Source of the DNA: a virus
Lineage: Duplodnaviria > Caudoviricetes
IMG/VR virus record: IMGVR_UViG_3300012344_000018
Span: 1 to 64,000 of that record
Length of the DNA: 64,000 bases
Direction: 5' to 3' (one strand)
Shown: positions 1-9,553 of the stretch, piece after piece
Position numbering within the stretch: position 1 is the stretch's first letter
Layout: each line of letters opens with the position of its first letter
Position numbers and translations under genes: made by a program
Notes under the pieces: generated by a model
Databases searched by the model: none
What the model saw: only the letters and a program-made list of their open reading frames with translations
What the model was told of the DNA's origin: nothing

Positions 1-332
1 ACATCTTATATTACTTATACTTTTGCTGATAATCATTCTATTCATCATGTTATCGCTTAAGGATTTAATCAGTCTTATATGTTATATTGACATTGTTGAT
101 AATCAACTGATATTTATGCAGATAGAACTATTTATATTGTTCATAATATTATTTGTATTGTTGATGATTCATTTATAATATATTGGTATATTGGTACTTA
201 CGTTGTATTTAAATATAATGTTATGATTTATGACAATAAGACTATTGCTGAGTTAATCGGTGAAGCTTTTGATGAAGCTATAGAAGAGATAAGAACTTTT
301 AGTGATAAAAAATTTAATATTGCTGATAATAT

Positions 333-536
333 ATGAAAGAAGTAGAGAATATATTCTTTATGACAGGACTAATTTTAATACTATATGTACTAGGAGTAGC
401 AGTTATGTATCCAGTTTGTGATTTTGTTTTAACTACTGGTGAGTTTGCAGCTTATGTTGCAATTGCTACTGTTGGTTTTAGTTGTTTAATTGTTTCAGCT
501 TATGCTAATGCTGAACGTAAAAGAAAGGAATTATAA
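333..536 (+). CDS. small membrane protein (2 hydrophobic segments), hypothetical
   Basis: 67-aa ORF with two hydrophobic stretches; stop overlaps the next ATG (TAATG). Confidence 0.7.
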   Translation: MKEVENIFFMTGLILILYVLGVAVMYPVCDFVLTTGEFAAYVAIATVGFSCLIVSAYANAERKRKEL

Positions 537-769
537 TGAAAAAGAATATTTATTTGTTGCTATGGTCTATAGTTATGACTGTAGCATTTAGTAGTTGTGC
601 TATTACTAATTATGTTAGTACTAGTAAATATAAAGCTTATAAAGCTTATTATGATAAAGCTGAAGCTTTGTTTGACGAGATAGAAGAAGATAATGAAGCT
701 TATTTTGATACCGATAAAGGTGAAGCTTATCTTCATCAAAGAGCTATCATTATTAAACAATATAAATAA
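536..769 (+). CDS. putative lipoprotein
   Basis: MKK plus hydrophobic core plus lipobox-like AFSSC. Confidence 0.65.
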   Translation: MKKNIYLLLWSIVMTVAFSSCAITNYVSTSKYKAYKAYYDKAEALFDEIEEDNEAYFDTDKGEAYLHQRAIIIKQYK

Positions 770-795
770 TTCTATTGTGTATTTTGTGTAACTTA

Positions 796-830
796 AAAGG
801 GTATTGCTTGTGAAAGTAGTACTCTTTATT
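796..830 (+). terminator. hairpin/intrinsic terminator (GUGA tetraloop)
   Basis: gggtattgctt-GTGA-aagtagtactc followed by T-rich tract; same family as 2869 and 29813. Confidence 0.6.
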
Positions 831-883
831 ATATTGAACTTAGAGTTAATAAACATATTAATAACAAATTAAATTTTACAATT

Positions 884-1387
884 ATGAAAGATTTTAAGAA
901 AGTAATCAACGAGTTGAAGAGTGTTAAAGTTAATAGTACTGCTATTGCTCATGTTCGTAACGTTAATGTTACAGATATGACTACTTGGCAAAGAGTGGCT
1001 TTAACTTTGGATGTACCTGTCAAAGGTTATGTTGCTGATGAAGAAGGTAATTATAAAGAAGGAGAGACTAATATAATATTTGTTAGTTCTTTCTCTCTTA
1101 TTTCTGCTCTTCGTGAAACTGAGTATGCTTGTATTGGTGATTATCTTCGTGATAATCCTAATGCTATTAAAGCTATTCTTTCTCGTGCTAAGATTGAGAT
1201 TGTTCAAGAAGCTGTAGCTGAAGGACAAGAATATCATAATCCTTTTAGTAGTAATGAAGATAATGTTAGTGTTGTTGAACATAACAGTTATTACAATCAT
1301 GTAACTCAAATTATTGAGTTTGGTAAGATTGGTGAAGCTGTTGCTATTGGTATTGTTGAACAAGTAACTGGCGTTAAACTTAGATAA
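884..1387 (+). CDS. hypothetical early protein
   Basis: 167-aa ORF, AT-rich leader, codon usage typical of the arm. Confidence 0.8.
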   Translation: MKDFKKVINELKSVKVNSTAIAHVRNVNVTDMTTWQRVALTLDVPVKGYVADEEGNYKEGETNIIFVSSFSLISALRETEYACIGDYLRDNPNAIKAILSRAKIEIVQEAVAEGQEYHNPFSSNEDNVSVVEHNSYYNHVTQIIEFGKIGEAVAIGIVEQVTGVKLR

Positions 1388-1392
1388 GATAA

Positions 1393-1436
1393 TAATGGTA
1401 ATAGTGACAATAGTAATATTGTTGCTATTACTATTA
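1393..1436 (+). terminator. long hairpin (GUAA loop) after ORF
   Basis: taatggtaatagtgacaata-GTAA-tattgttgctattactatta. Confidence 0.5.
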
Positions 1437-1473
1437 CTAATGTTGATAATAATTTAAATAAGGAGAACTTATT

Positions 1474-1908
1474 ATGAGTAAATATTATTTTCGTAGTAAT
1501 CGTGCTGAAGATGGCATGACTGGTGTAATGCTTATTAGTTGTAAGACTTTAACTAAAGCTAAATATTATGCTAAGAGTAAGTTTAAAGAATATGGTTATA
1601 AAGGTAAAGCTGTAAGAGTTGCAGCTTTGACTTTTGTTATGTGTTTGTGTTCTATTTTGAATATAAATGCAGCTACTAAAGCTGATACTCTTAGAGTTGA
1701 TAATAAACTTATAACTAAAGTTATTGAATACCCAACAACTACTAATGCTGGCAAAAAGACTACTAAATATTACTTTATTTATAAAGGAGAACTTGTAAAT
1801 GCAAGTAAGACTGTAGTTGAGAAATATAAGCTAGCTAAACAATTTGGAGCTAATTGTGCTCTTGCTATAGTTATTGGTAAAACTAATAAACGTATTATAC
1901 TTAATTAA
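1474..1908 (+). CDS. hypothetical basic protein with internal hydrophobic segment
   Basis: 144-aa ORF preceded by aaggagaactt. Confidence 0.7.
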   Translation: MSKYYFRSNRAEDGMTGVMLISCKTLTKAKYYAKSKFKEYGYKGKAVRVAALTFVMCLCSILNINAATKADTLRVDNKLITKVIEYPTTTNAGKKTTKYYFIYKGELVNASKTVVEKYKLAKQFGANCALAIVIGKTNKRIILN

Positions 1909-2064
1909 ATGCTTGCTACTATAACGTTTGATGATGATCATAAAAGTACTATTGAAGTTCTTAAACATGAAGCCAAACATAAAGAATGTATTGCTAATGA
2001 TATTAAAGAACTTCTTAATAGTAGTGGAATGATTCATAAAGTTGTAAAAGTTAGAGTTCATTAA
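1909..2064 (+). CDS. small hypothetical protein (51 aa, not in ORF track)
   Basis: ATG directly after the previous stop; MLATITFDDDHKS...VRVH*. Confidence 0.55.
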   Translation: MLATITFDDDHKSTIEVLKHEAKHKECIANDIKELLNSSGMIHKVVKVRVH

Positions 2065-2102
2065 AAAATAAGTTATTATATCCGCCCCGTAGAAGGATTG
2101 AT

Positions 2103-2110
2103 TAACTTTG
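2103..2110 (+). promoter_or_regulatory. Bacteroidota sigma-A -7 element (TAnnTTTG)
   Basis: TAACTTTG in intergenic DNA just downstream of motif copy 2082. Confidence 0.45.
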
Positions 2111-2240
2111 CAGTATAATTAATAATATAATAGATGAAGGTCAAATTAATGCTGATACTTTGGTGTAAATAGTTGAAGTTATATAGTGTGAATGTTCTTT
2201 TGTTTATTATGCACATCATCTATTTTAAACTTATACTATT

Positions 2241-2387
2241 ATGAATAATGACATTTATAACTATGATGATTCTTCTGTTGAGATTGATGCTTATTGTGTA
2301 AGTCATGATATTGATGATTATGATTTATATGGTGAGATTATGGTCGGAGACGATGAAGATGATAATTGTGATATTCAATTTGAGTAA
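2241..2387 (+). CDS. small highly acidic protein (48 aa, not in ORF track)
   Basis: MNNDIYNYDDSSVEIDAYCVSHDIDDYDLYGEIMVGDDEDDNCDIQFE*; no Lys or Arg. Confidence 0.55.
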   Translation: MNNDIYNYDDSSVEIDAYCVSHDIDDYDLYGEIMVGDDEDDNCDIQFE

Positions 2388-2414
2388 TTAAATAATTAAT
2401 AAGGAGAACTTGTT

Positions 2415-2837
2415 ATGACTAAAGAAATGACTAGTGCTGAGAAATGTCGTAAGACTAAACTTAGTAAAAAGAGTGTGGAAGAACTGATCGATATTATAGT
2501 TCGTAAAGATGATGTTGAAAGACGTAAGGATAAACTTATTTCTTGTCTTAAGACAAACATTGCTGGACTTGAAAAGAAAATATCTAGTCTTCAATCAAAT
2601 ATTGATAATAATGAATCTACTATTGTTTTATTAGATTCTGATAATACAGAACTTAAAAAACGAGTAGATGATGTTATTGCTAACAATAAAATTTTATCTG
2701 CTGAAAATAAGCATTACGATGAAACTATTACTAGTCTTCAAAAGAGTTTAAGTAAAGCTCTTGTAGCAGATACTAAGTGTTTTGTTCTTGGTGGTATAAT
2801 AGTGTTTATAATCATGATGATAATTAGATTCATTTAG
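2415..2837 (+). CDS. coiled-coil protein with C-terminal membrane anchor
   Basis: heptad-like pattern, hydrophobic C-terminus. Confidence 0.75.
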   Translation: MTKEMTSAEKCRKTKLSKKSVEELIDIIVRKDDVERRKDKLISCLKTNIAGLEKKISSLQSNIDNNESTIVLLDSDNTELKKRVDDVIANNKILSAENKHYDETITSLQKSLSKALVADTKCFVLGGIIVFIIMMIIRFI

Positions 2838-2868
2838 TTTAATATTTATACATAAAAATAATCATTGA

Positions 2869-2905
2869 CCTCTATTGCTTGTGAAAGTAGTAGAGGCTTT
2901 ATTAT
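2869..2905 (+). terminator. hairpin/terminator (GUGA loop)
   Basis: cctctattgctt-GTGA-aagtagtagagg plus T-rich tail. Confidence 0.6.
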
Positions 2906-2924
2906 TTAATATAGAATTGTAGAA

Positions 2925-3089
2925 ATGAGTAAAGTCGCTATAAATAAAATAGAAATTAATGGTGTAGCATATAGTGTTATGCCTGGAGGTACTAAATGTT
3001 CTGATTGTATAATTAAAGATTATTGTATGAATAATGGTTTTACTAATGGTATAACTATTGATTGTACTAGTGTTCATCTTATTAAATAA
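2925..3089 (+). CDS. small Cys-rich protein (54 aa, not in ORF track)
   Basis: MSKVAINKIEING...KCSDCIIKDYC...DCTSVHLIK*. Confidence 0.55.
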   Translation: MSKVAINKIEINGVAYSVMPGGTKCSDCIIKDYCMNNGFTNGITIDCTSVHLIK

Positions 3090-3097
3090 AAGAAATT

Positions 3098-3376
3098 ATG
3101 ACAAATAAAAAGATATATAAAATTAAGATTAATACTAAAGAAAAAGTTAGTATTGATAAAAATAAAGAATATGTAGTTTGGGTTGACAATTATGGTAATA
3201 CCCAAATTAATATTATTGGAGAAGGTTATGATGTTTTTGATACTATAGATATTATTAAACATGATAATCGTTTTCAAGCTATTAAGAAAATTATAGCTAA
3301 AGATAATGTTGATATGACTTATGATATTCAAGATAGTTATCAAGAATATACTGGTACTGAAGTAAAAGTATTATGA
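3098..3376 (+). CDS. hypothetical protein
   Basis: 92-aa ORF in operon context. Confidence 0.65.
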   Translation: MTNKKIYKIKINTKEKVSIDKNKEYVVWVDNYGNTQINIIGEGYDVFDTIDIIKHDNRFQAIKKIIAKDNVDMTYDIQDSYQEYTGTEVKVL

Positions 3377-3558
3377 CTATGACAAAAGATAATAATACTC
3401 TTGCTACTCTTCCTCAAGTTATAATTCTGCCTGATGATATATTAGCTGATATTTATGGTAATGAAGATAGTAATTATCAAGATATTGCTAATGATATTGA
3501 AGCAGATTATTGGATTGAAGAAGAAAAGGCTGGTCTGCTAGATATAGCTGAACCATAA
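3373..3558 (+). CDS. small acidic protein
   Basis: 61 aa, D/E-rich, ATGA overlap with the previous gene. Confidence 0.65.
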   Translation: MTMTKDNNTLATLPQVIILPDDILADIYGNEDSNYQDIANDIEADYWIEEEKAGLLDIAEP

Positions 3559-3560
3559 AT

Positions 3561-3670
3561 TCGATTTTTGATTATTTCCTAGGTTTCAGTGGCTCTCAAT
3601 TATTTCAGTCGATTAATTAATCGTTGATTTAATTTGAGAGCCTTATATGTAAAATTAAAAAATTAAATAA
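3561..3670 (+). promoter_or_regulatory. fixed-spacing intergenic element, copy A
   Basis: AATTAATC at 3615-3622, 29 nt, then AAATTAAAAAATTAAATAA at 3652-3670; core lies in the imperfect palindrome ggctctcaa...ttgagagcc. Confidence 0.6.
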
Positions 3671-3681
3671 AATATAAAGAT

Positions 3682-4443
3682 ATGTCTTATAATAAACATA
3701 CAAAATATAAAACTCTTCCTATTGGTACTATGTTTGAATATAATAGTGAAGATAATGAAAGTGTTAGATTAAGAGTTGAAGAAACTGAAAGTTGTATTAA
3801 GCCATGTATAGGTTGTTATTTTTATAACTTAGATTGTGTTATTCCTTTTACTCGTTCTATTATTGGAGAATGTGATAAGCTTCGTAGAATTGATGGTAAA
3901 GGCATACATTATGTAAAACTTACTAGTGAAGATTGTGTTAATAATAATACTAAAACGATTATGAATGATAAGATTAATATTGGTACTGTATCAATTGATA
4001 TTCCTAAAGGTTATGTTATTGACGTAGAGCATAGCGATTTTGATAAAGGAATTATTAAGTTTAAAAAGAAATATATTACTTTAGATGATATTCCAGTTAT
4101 ATCTCGTGGTTATGTAACAGATTTTGATGTTCTAACTAAGATTAAAGCTATTGCTATCCTTATGGACATTGCTCAATATTATAATGGTGATTGGGAGCCT
4201 ATATGGAACGATGATGAATATTATAATAATAACGTTAGAAGTAAATATCCTGAAGATGATTGGGATAAATATGAAAGATGTTATTATATTAGTAATCATT
4301 ATGGAAAGTATTATGCCATAGGTACTAATATGAATACTCAAGGACATACAGCAACTATTTATTTTAAGAATGAAGAAGATGCTCAAGCTGTTATAGATAA
4401 TCCTAATTTTAGAAACATTCTTGATATTATTTATAAAGACTAA
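3682..4443 (+). CDS. hypothetical protein, Cys-rich N-terminal domain
   Basis: 253-aa ORF, CIGCYF...C...C. Confidence 0.75.
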   Translation: MSYNKHTKYKTLPIGTMFEYNSEDNESVRLRVEETESCIKPCIGCYFYNLDCVIPFTRSIIGECDKLRRIDGKGIHYVKLTSEDCVNNNTKTIMNDKINIGTVSIDIPKGYVIDVEHSDFDKGIIKFKKKYITLDDIPVISRGYVTDFDVLTKIKAIAILMDIAQYYNGDWEPIWNDDEYYNNNVRSKYPEDDWDKYERCYYISNHYGKYYAIGTNMNTQGHTATIYFKNEEDAQAVIDNPNFRNILDIIYKD

Positions 4444-4446
4444 GTT

Positions 4447-4629
4447 ATGGAAAATGAAGATTTGTATAGGAGTGATATTAGAAATTATTATAATCAACCA
4501 TTTAATCATATAGTTCTTGATGGTAATAAAGTCTGCATTAAAAATGCTACATTTGATTATCCTGATGGTAAAGCTAATCGTAGAGAAAGACGTAAAGCTA
4601 AACTTCGTAGAAAGAAAGGGAGATTATGA
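4447..4629 (+). CDS. small basic protein
   Basis: 60 aa with NRRERRK-type tail. Confidence 0.6.
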   Translation: MENEDLYRSDIRNYYNQPFNHIVLDGNKVCIKNATFDYPDGKANRRERRKAKLRRKKGRL

Positions 4630-4850
4630 TAAGAGAACTAGATTTTATTCCTCTTAATACTAAGGAAGGATTTCATCTTATTAGAGGAACTATGACTTTA
4701 TGGAATTGTAGTTTTATTGATGCTTTAATTACTATTGCTAAAACTAGAGATTATGCTATTAGTAAAGCTATACATGATATTGAAGTAATTAATGAAGCTA
4801 ATAGTGATTTAATAAATAGTATTTCAGTCTCTTTACGGGGGGGTTTGTAA
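4626..4850 (+). CDS. hypothetical protein
   Basis: 74 aa; 3' end contains a motif copy (SLRGGL). Confidence 0.6.
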   Translation: MIRELDFIPLNTKEGFHLIRGTMTLWNCSFIDALITIAKTRDYAISKAIHDIEVINEANSDLINSISVSLRGGL

Positions 4851-4863
4851 TGCTATTCTTAAA

Positions 4864-4917
4864 GTTCGACTAAGTGTGGCTTATGCTACGGCTTATGGTG
4901 CGAAACCAAGTCGAACT
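4864..4917 (+). ncRNA. candidate tRNA-like structured element lacking an anticodon arm
   Basis: GTTCGAC/GTCGAAC closing stem, TA linker, D-like hairpin, T-like arm with TGCGAAA loop. Confidence 0.35.
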
Positions 4918-4977
4918 ACTAATAATCATCTTATTGATGATGTAACTTAATATATTAATAATTAAACTTTTTGTAAA

Positions 4978-5247
4978 ATGGCTAAAAAACATGACGAAAG
5001 AAAGGATTTAATGAGTGTTTCACGTATTGCTCGTATTGATGGTAATCACATTATTATTGGTGATAAATCTGCTGTAGGTATTCATACTTGGGGCAAGATT
5101 GATTATCTTGTTAATTATTGTGGTTATAATGTTCATTACGAACGTGGAGCTAGAGCTTCTAATCTAAAATTCGATGAAGTTAATACTTCTGCAAGAGAAG
5201 CTAAAAAGATTCGTAAAGAACATAAACTAACTAATAAAAGAAAATGA
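4978..5247 (+). CDS. hypothetical protein
   Basis: 89-aa ORF, AT-rich leader. Confidence 0.7.
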   Translation: MAKKHDERKDLMSVSRIARIDGNHIIIGDKSAVGIHTWGKIDYLVNYCGYNVHYERGARASNLKFDEVNTSAREAKKIRKEHKLTNKRK

Positions 5248-5789
5248 GAATAGATTTAAGTAAAGTAGTACTTAAACTTAAAGTTCCTAGTAAGAAAACT
5301 AAAGTTACTGTTAAGTTTAAAGAAGTTCCTCCTAAAAAGCTTACTAAACTTGTTAATGGTTTAGTTAAGCTTAAAGATGGAATTTATACTTGTATTATTT
5401 CTTATACTGAATTTTCTGAACGTATGTTTGGAGACGTTAAGGTTGAAGAAATAACTGATACTATTAAATCTATTGATATTCCTTTTACTGTAGAATCATT
5501 TGATTGTAAGAATTATAAGACTATTTTTCTTAGAGCTAAAACTAGATATGGATATTTAGCTCAAGTTAGAACTGAGTCTCAATGTATATTTGGTAATTAT
5601 CCTAATGAACTTTATATACCTTTTGCTCCTAATTGGATAGTGAGAGGTTGGATAGTTAAAATAGATAATAAACTTCAATTTAAGTTTAGAAATCTTATAA
5701 CTGTTGAAGGTCATATTTATAGATATAAAGGCTTACTTGATGATGATGAATTTGAATGGTTTAAAGATAAAAGAGATGGTAAGAAATGA
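5244..5789 (+). CDS. hypothetical protein
   Basis: 181-aa ORF, overlapping stop/start on both sides. Confidence 0.7.
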   Translation: MRIDLSKVVLKLKVPSKKTKVTVKFKEVPPKKLTKLVNGLVKLKDGIYTCIISYTEFSERMFGDVKVEEITDTIKSIDIPFTVESFDCKNYKTIFLRAKTRYGYLAQVRTESQCIFGNYPNELYIPFAPNWIVRGWIVKIDNKLQFKFRNLITVEGHIYRYKGLLDDDEFEWFKDKRDGKK

Positions 5790-6292
5790 ATATAGAAGAG
5801 AAATTTAGTTTAGCTAATGGTAAGAATCCAACTAATATTGGAAGTTTAACTGATGACCAACGTAAAGCTTATAAAGGACTTATTCAGTTTATCAATAAGC
5901 CTTATGATATAGCAGATTATAAACGAGCTTTAGTTGGTCCAGCTGGAACTGGCAAAACATTCTTACTTAAAGCTATTTTAAAGAATTGCAATTTAAGTTA
6001 TTCAGCTATTGGTTTGTCTGCTCCAAGTCATAAAGCTTGTAGAGTTCTTCGTGAATCTATTAGTGGTATTCCAGTTAAAGTTAATACTGTTCAAAGTGAT
6101 TTTGGACTTAGACTTAATTTTGATATTGATAAATTTGATATTAATAATCCTCCTTTTGACCCTAAAGGTAATGTAAAAGCTGATAAATATAAGCTTTATA
6201 TAATAGATGAGGCTTCTATGGTAAATAAAGGTCTTCTCAAGTTTATAGAAAAATATCTGATTAAAGCTAAGTGTAAGATTATTTATTGCGGT
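5786..6292 (+). CDS. SF1B (Dda/RecD-like) DNA helicase, exon 1
   Basis: Walker A GPAGTGKT, APSHKA, Walker B IIDEASM; ends at YCG just before the intron. Confidence 0.9.
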
Positions 6293-7531
6293 AAATAATA
6301 TTGCCGATTCCCTTTGAATTGCTGGAAACTCGTGAAGATAGTAGTGCTACAACATAAGATGAAAGTCTAAGTGTGAATGCTTGAAAAACTATTATTATAT
6401 GACAATCAGCAGCCAAGACCCTGAGTATTGCTAGTGATAGCGGTATGGGTAAGGTTCATCGACTATTCCTTATGGAAGTAGGTTTTAATGTTTATTAATT
6501 CCGAAGCGGAGGGAGTTGATATTTGTATCAATTTGTTACTTTGTAGTATCAATTTAAATGTTATTTATATGAATAAATTTGGAAATTTAAAGTTAGTTTT
6601 AAAAACAAGTAAAGTTAATACTACAAGTCATGTTACACCTTTATCTCAAGGATATAATACTTGTGATTTAGATAGAATTTGTGTTTATGAACATTATTAT
6701 AATAATGAAGATAAACCTTTTTATATAGGTCAAGGTACTATTAGAAGAGCTTTTATTTTAAAAACTAATAGAAATGTTGGTTGGAAAAATAAAGTTAAAG
6801 ATGTAAGTTTAGTTAGAGTTAAAATAGTTTCAATAGATATGACTGTTGATGAAAGTATTAAACTTGAATCTGAACTTATAGCTAAATATAAAAGAATTGA
6901 AGAAGGTGGAACATTAGTAAATGGAAACAATGGAGGTTTATCTATAGGTAATAAAGGAAAAGATAATTATTTTTATAATAAACATTTTTATGGAAGCGAT
7001 AATGGTAATTATGGAAATAAATATAATCTTAATCCTTTATCTATACCTATTATTCAAATAGATATATTAGGTAAGATAATAAAAGAATGGGCTTCTAATG
7101 CAGAAGCTAGTGAAACATTAAATATATCTTCTAATTCTATTCTTGGTTGTTGTAAAGGTAGAAGACATATTGCTGGAGGTTATCAATGGATTTATAAGAA
7201 AGATTATGATGAAAATAAAGATTATACATATATTCCTGGTAAAACAAATAATAGAATTACTATATGTATAGATGTTTATGGAAATTATATTAAAACTTAT
7301 TATTCTAATAAAGAACTTCTAACAGATGGATTTAAACCTAATAACGTAAGCCAAGTTTGTAATGGTAATAAGAAAACACATAAAGGTTATATATTTAGAA
7401 ATTTCTTTACTATGACAAAAGAAAATAAAGATAAACTTATAAATGGAAATCTTGTAGATATAACAAGATATTGTGATACAAATAATCAATAAGATATAGT
7501 CAGCCTTAATTTGAAAGAATTAAGATAAGCG
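6293..7531 (+). mobile_element. group I self-splicing intron with homing endonuclease
   Basis: P1 cggU/Gccg with U-G at the splice site; P element aattgctggaaa; Q aatcagcagc; R catcgacta; S aagatatagtc; terminal G at 7531. Splicing restores helicase motif III as GDSRQLSPV in frame. Confidence 0.9.
6569..7492 (+). CDS. intron-encoded GIY-YIG-type homing endonuclease with NUMOD-type DNA-binding repeats
   Basis: CVYEH...PFYIGQG..R nuclease motif, then NYFYNKH and repeated IIQID..G..IKEW.S..EA / CCKG...AGGYQW modules. Start is 6569, or 6488 as in the ORF track. Confidence 0.8.
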   Translation: MNKFGNLKLVLKTSKVNTTSHVTPLSQGYNTCDLDRICVYEHYYNNEDKPFYIGQGTIRRAFILKTNRNVGWKNKVKDVSLVRVKIVSIDMTVDESIKLESELIAKYKRIEEGGTLVNGNNGGLSIGNKGKDNYFYNKHFYGSDNGNYGNKYNLNPLSIPIIQIDILGKIIKEWASNAEASETLNISSNSILGCCKGRRHIAGGYQWIYKKDYDENKDYTYIPGKTNNRITICIDVYGNYIKTYYSNKELLTDGFKPNNVSQVCNGNKKTHKGYIFRNFFTMTKENKDKLINGNLVDITRYCDTNNQ

Positions 7532-8494
7532 GATTCAAGACAATTAAGTCCAGTTAATGAATATCGTTCTGAAGCTTTTTATAATGTTATAACTTATGAA
7601 CTTAAACAAATTGTTCGTCAAGATGAAGATAATCCTATTCGTCCTCTTCTTGATATGCTTCGTAAAGATATAGATAATAAAACTTATAATTTTCTTAATT
7701 ACATAAGTAATCATAGAGAAGCATTTGATGCTAGTTATACTAAAGGTTATAAGGTTTTATATTCTAAAGACTTTGAAAATGAAGTTGAAAGACAATTTAA
7801 TGATGAACAAATAACCAAAAATACAGATTTTGTTCGTATAGTTGCTTATACTAATAAAGCTGTTGGTAATTGGAATAAGTTTGTAAGAAATAGTATTATT
7901 AAAGATGCAGATAAATCTATAGTTACTAAGAATGATTTATTCACTTCTTATGTTACTTTAGTTGATGATTTTAATGATATTGTTATTCGTAATAGTGAAG
8001 ATTATATTGTATATGATGTTGTAAATTATGTACATCCTGACTATCAAATTAAAGGTTTTATGGTCAAATTTCAAGCAATTCATGGTGGAGCTATAACTTC
8101 TCCTTTGTTTATTGTTGACCATACTGATAGATATAGTCTTCAATGTTATTGTAATATTAGTGAAGAAAAAATCAATTCTGCTAAACGTGCTAGTGCTAGT
8201 TCTAGAGCGGCTAAATGGAGAGATTATTATAAGTTTAAAGAATCATGTTTGCTTCTTATTAATATTGGTGATAAGAATGGAAATATACTTTATTCTAGAG
8301 ATTTAGATTATGGTTTTTCTATTACTGCACATAAGTCTCAAGGTTCAACTTATGATACTGTTATGGTTGATATTAATGATATAGTTTATGATAAGTATGG
8401 AAATGCTTATACTAATGCTGTTGAAGTTAATAAAAGACTTTATGTTGCTTGCTCTAGATGTAAAAACAAATTGATTATTCGGTATGGGGTTTGA
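7532..8494 (+). CDS. SF1B helicase, exon 2
   Basis: DSRQLSPV, IVRQ, AYTNKAV, TAHKSQGSTYD, LYVACSR; spliced product about 489 aa. Confidence 0.9.
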   Translation, partial: DSRQLSPVNEYRSEAFYNVITYELKQIVRQDEDNPIRPLLDMLRKDIDNKTYNFLNYISNHREAFDASYTKGYKVLYSKDFENEVERQFNDEQITKNTDFVRIVAYTNKAVGNWNKFVRNSIIKDADKSIVTKNDLFTSYVTLVDDFNDIVIRNSEDYIVYDVVNYVHPDYQIKGFMVKFQAIHGGAITSPLFIVDHTDRYSLQCYCNISEEKINSAKRASASSRAAKWRDYYKFKESCLLLINIGDKNGNILYSRDLDYGFSITAHKSQGSTYDTVMVDINDIVYDKYGNAYTNAVEVNKRLYVACSRCKNKLIIRYGV

Positions 8495-8514
8495 TATGTG
8501 ATTGATTGATAGTT

Positions 8515-8624
8515 TGCCTATTTGATAATTTGTTGTCACTACATGACATTTTATATATAAGCATGATTAATTAATCATTCCACATCATAAACATTCATAT
8601 ACAACAAATTAAAAAATTAAATAA
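8515..8624 (+). promoter_or_regulatory. fixed-spacing intergenic element, copy B
   Basis: palindrome atgattaattaatcat; AATTAATC at 8569-8576, 29 nt, then AAATTAAAAAATTAAATAA. Confidence 0.6.
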
Positions 8625-8625
8625 A

Positions 8626-9003
8626 ATGATAAGTTCAGAAGCAATTAGAGAATATATTAAGAAAAGAACTCAATATGTAGATGACTTTAAAGCTAAACTT
8701 AAAGCTCAAGACAATGAGTTTTGTAGAGACTTGATTAGTGATTTTCCTATTAGGAAAGGTACTATTATAAAAAGAACTTATATTGTTGGTTCATATAGAC
8801 CTACTAATAGAGTTGCTTTTTATAAAGTTGTAGATTATGAAGCAACTCCTGATGGTGTTGTAACTCTTATTTGTCATAAACGAAAAGTTGATGGTGAATA
8901 TGGAATCAGAGATATTAAATTACTTTCTCTTGGGTATTATAATAACTTTGCTATTCCTACTGATAATGTTGATACATATGAAATAGTAGATGGATATATG
9001 TAA
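8626..9003 (+). CDS. hypothetical protein
   Basis: 125-aa ORF. Confidence 0.7.
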   Translation: MISSEAIREYIKKRTQYVDDFKAKLKAQDNEFCRDLISDFPIRKGTIIKRTYIVGSYRPTNRVAFYKVVDYEATPDGVVTLICHKRKVDGEYGIRDIKLLSLGYYNNFAIPTDNVDTYEIVDGYM

Positions 9004-9553
9004 TAATTGTGCTTTAAGACTATTTAATGATAAATGTCATTGTCTTAAAGGTGTTGGTAATCCATATTATGGTAAAGTTATAGTTGTACCTAATGTTGAT
9101 TATAATGCTTATAAGAATAAAGGAATGACATTTAGTAAATATGTTGAGATAATAAGGGAAGTTCTCAGTCCTTCTACGGGGGGGCTAGAAGATTATTATA
9201 TAGTTCCGCTTATTAGATGTAAATTGACTGATAAATGTCCTCTATCTAATGATATTATTAAGAAATGTAGTATTTATACTCTTAGTGATATTGTTAATAT
9301 TCATGCTGTTAAAGTATTGTTACTTGGTGATGCTGCTAGATATTTTCTTTCTATAGAAGATATAGCTGATAAAACAAATAAATTGTATGTTACTAAAGAT
9401 AACGATGCTATTAGAGGATATTCTGTTAGTTATTCTCCTTTTATTAAATATGTAGATGATGCTAAATACAAAGAATTTTGTAATCATCTAATTAAATGGT
9501 ATAATGCAAATAAAGATAATAATTATAATGGATATGAAATTAATATATTATGA
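8990..9553 (+). CDS. uracil-DNA glycosylase-like protein (family 4-like)
   Basis: N-terminal CxxCxL, GxGNP, RC..C, LLLGD; located before the polymerase as in crAss-like phages. Confidence 0.6.
   Translation: MDICNNCALRLFNDKCHCLKGVGNPYYGKVIVVPNVDYNAYKNKGMTFSKYVEIIREVLSPSTGGLEDYYIVPLIRCKLTDKCPLSNDIIKKCSIYTLSDIVNIHAVKVLLLGDAARYFLSIEDIADKTNKLYVTKDNDAIRGYSVSYSPFIKYVDDAKYKEFCNHLIKWYNANKDNNYNGYEINIL

Noticed and set aside
103-336. Open frame upstream of 333
   Set aside because: The first ATG (223) gives only 37 aa; the start cannot be supported, so it was not called
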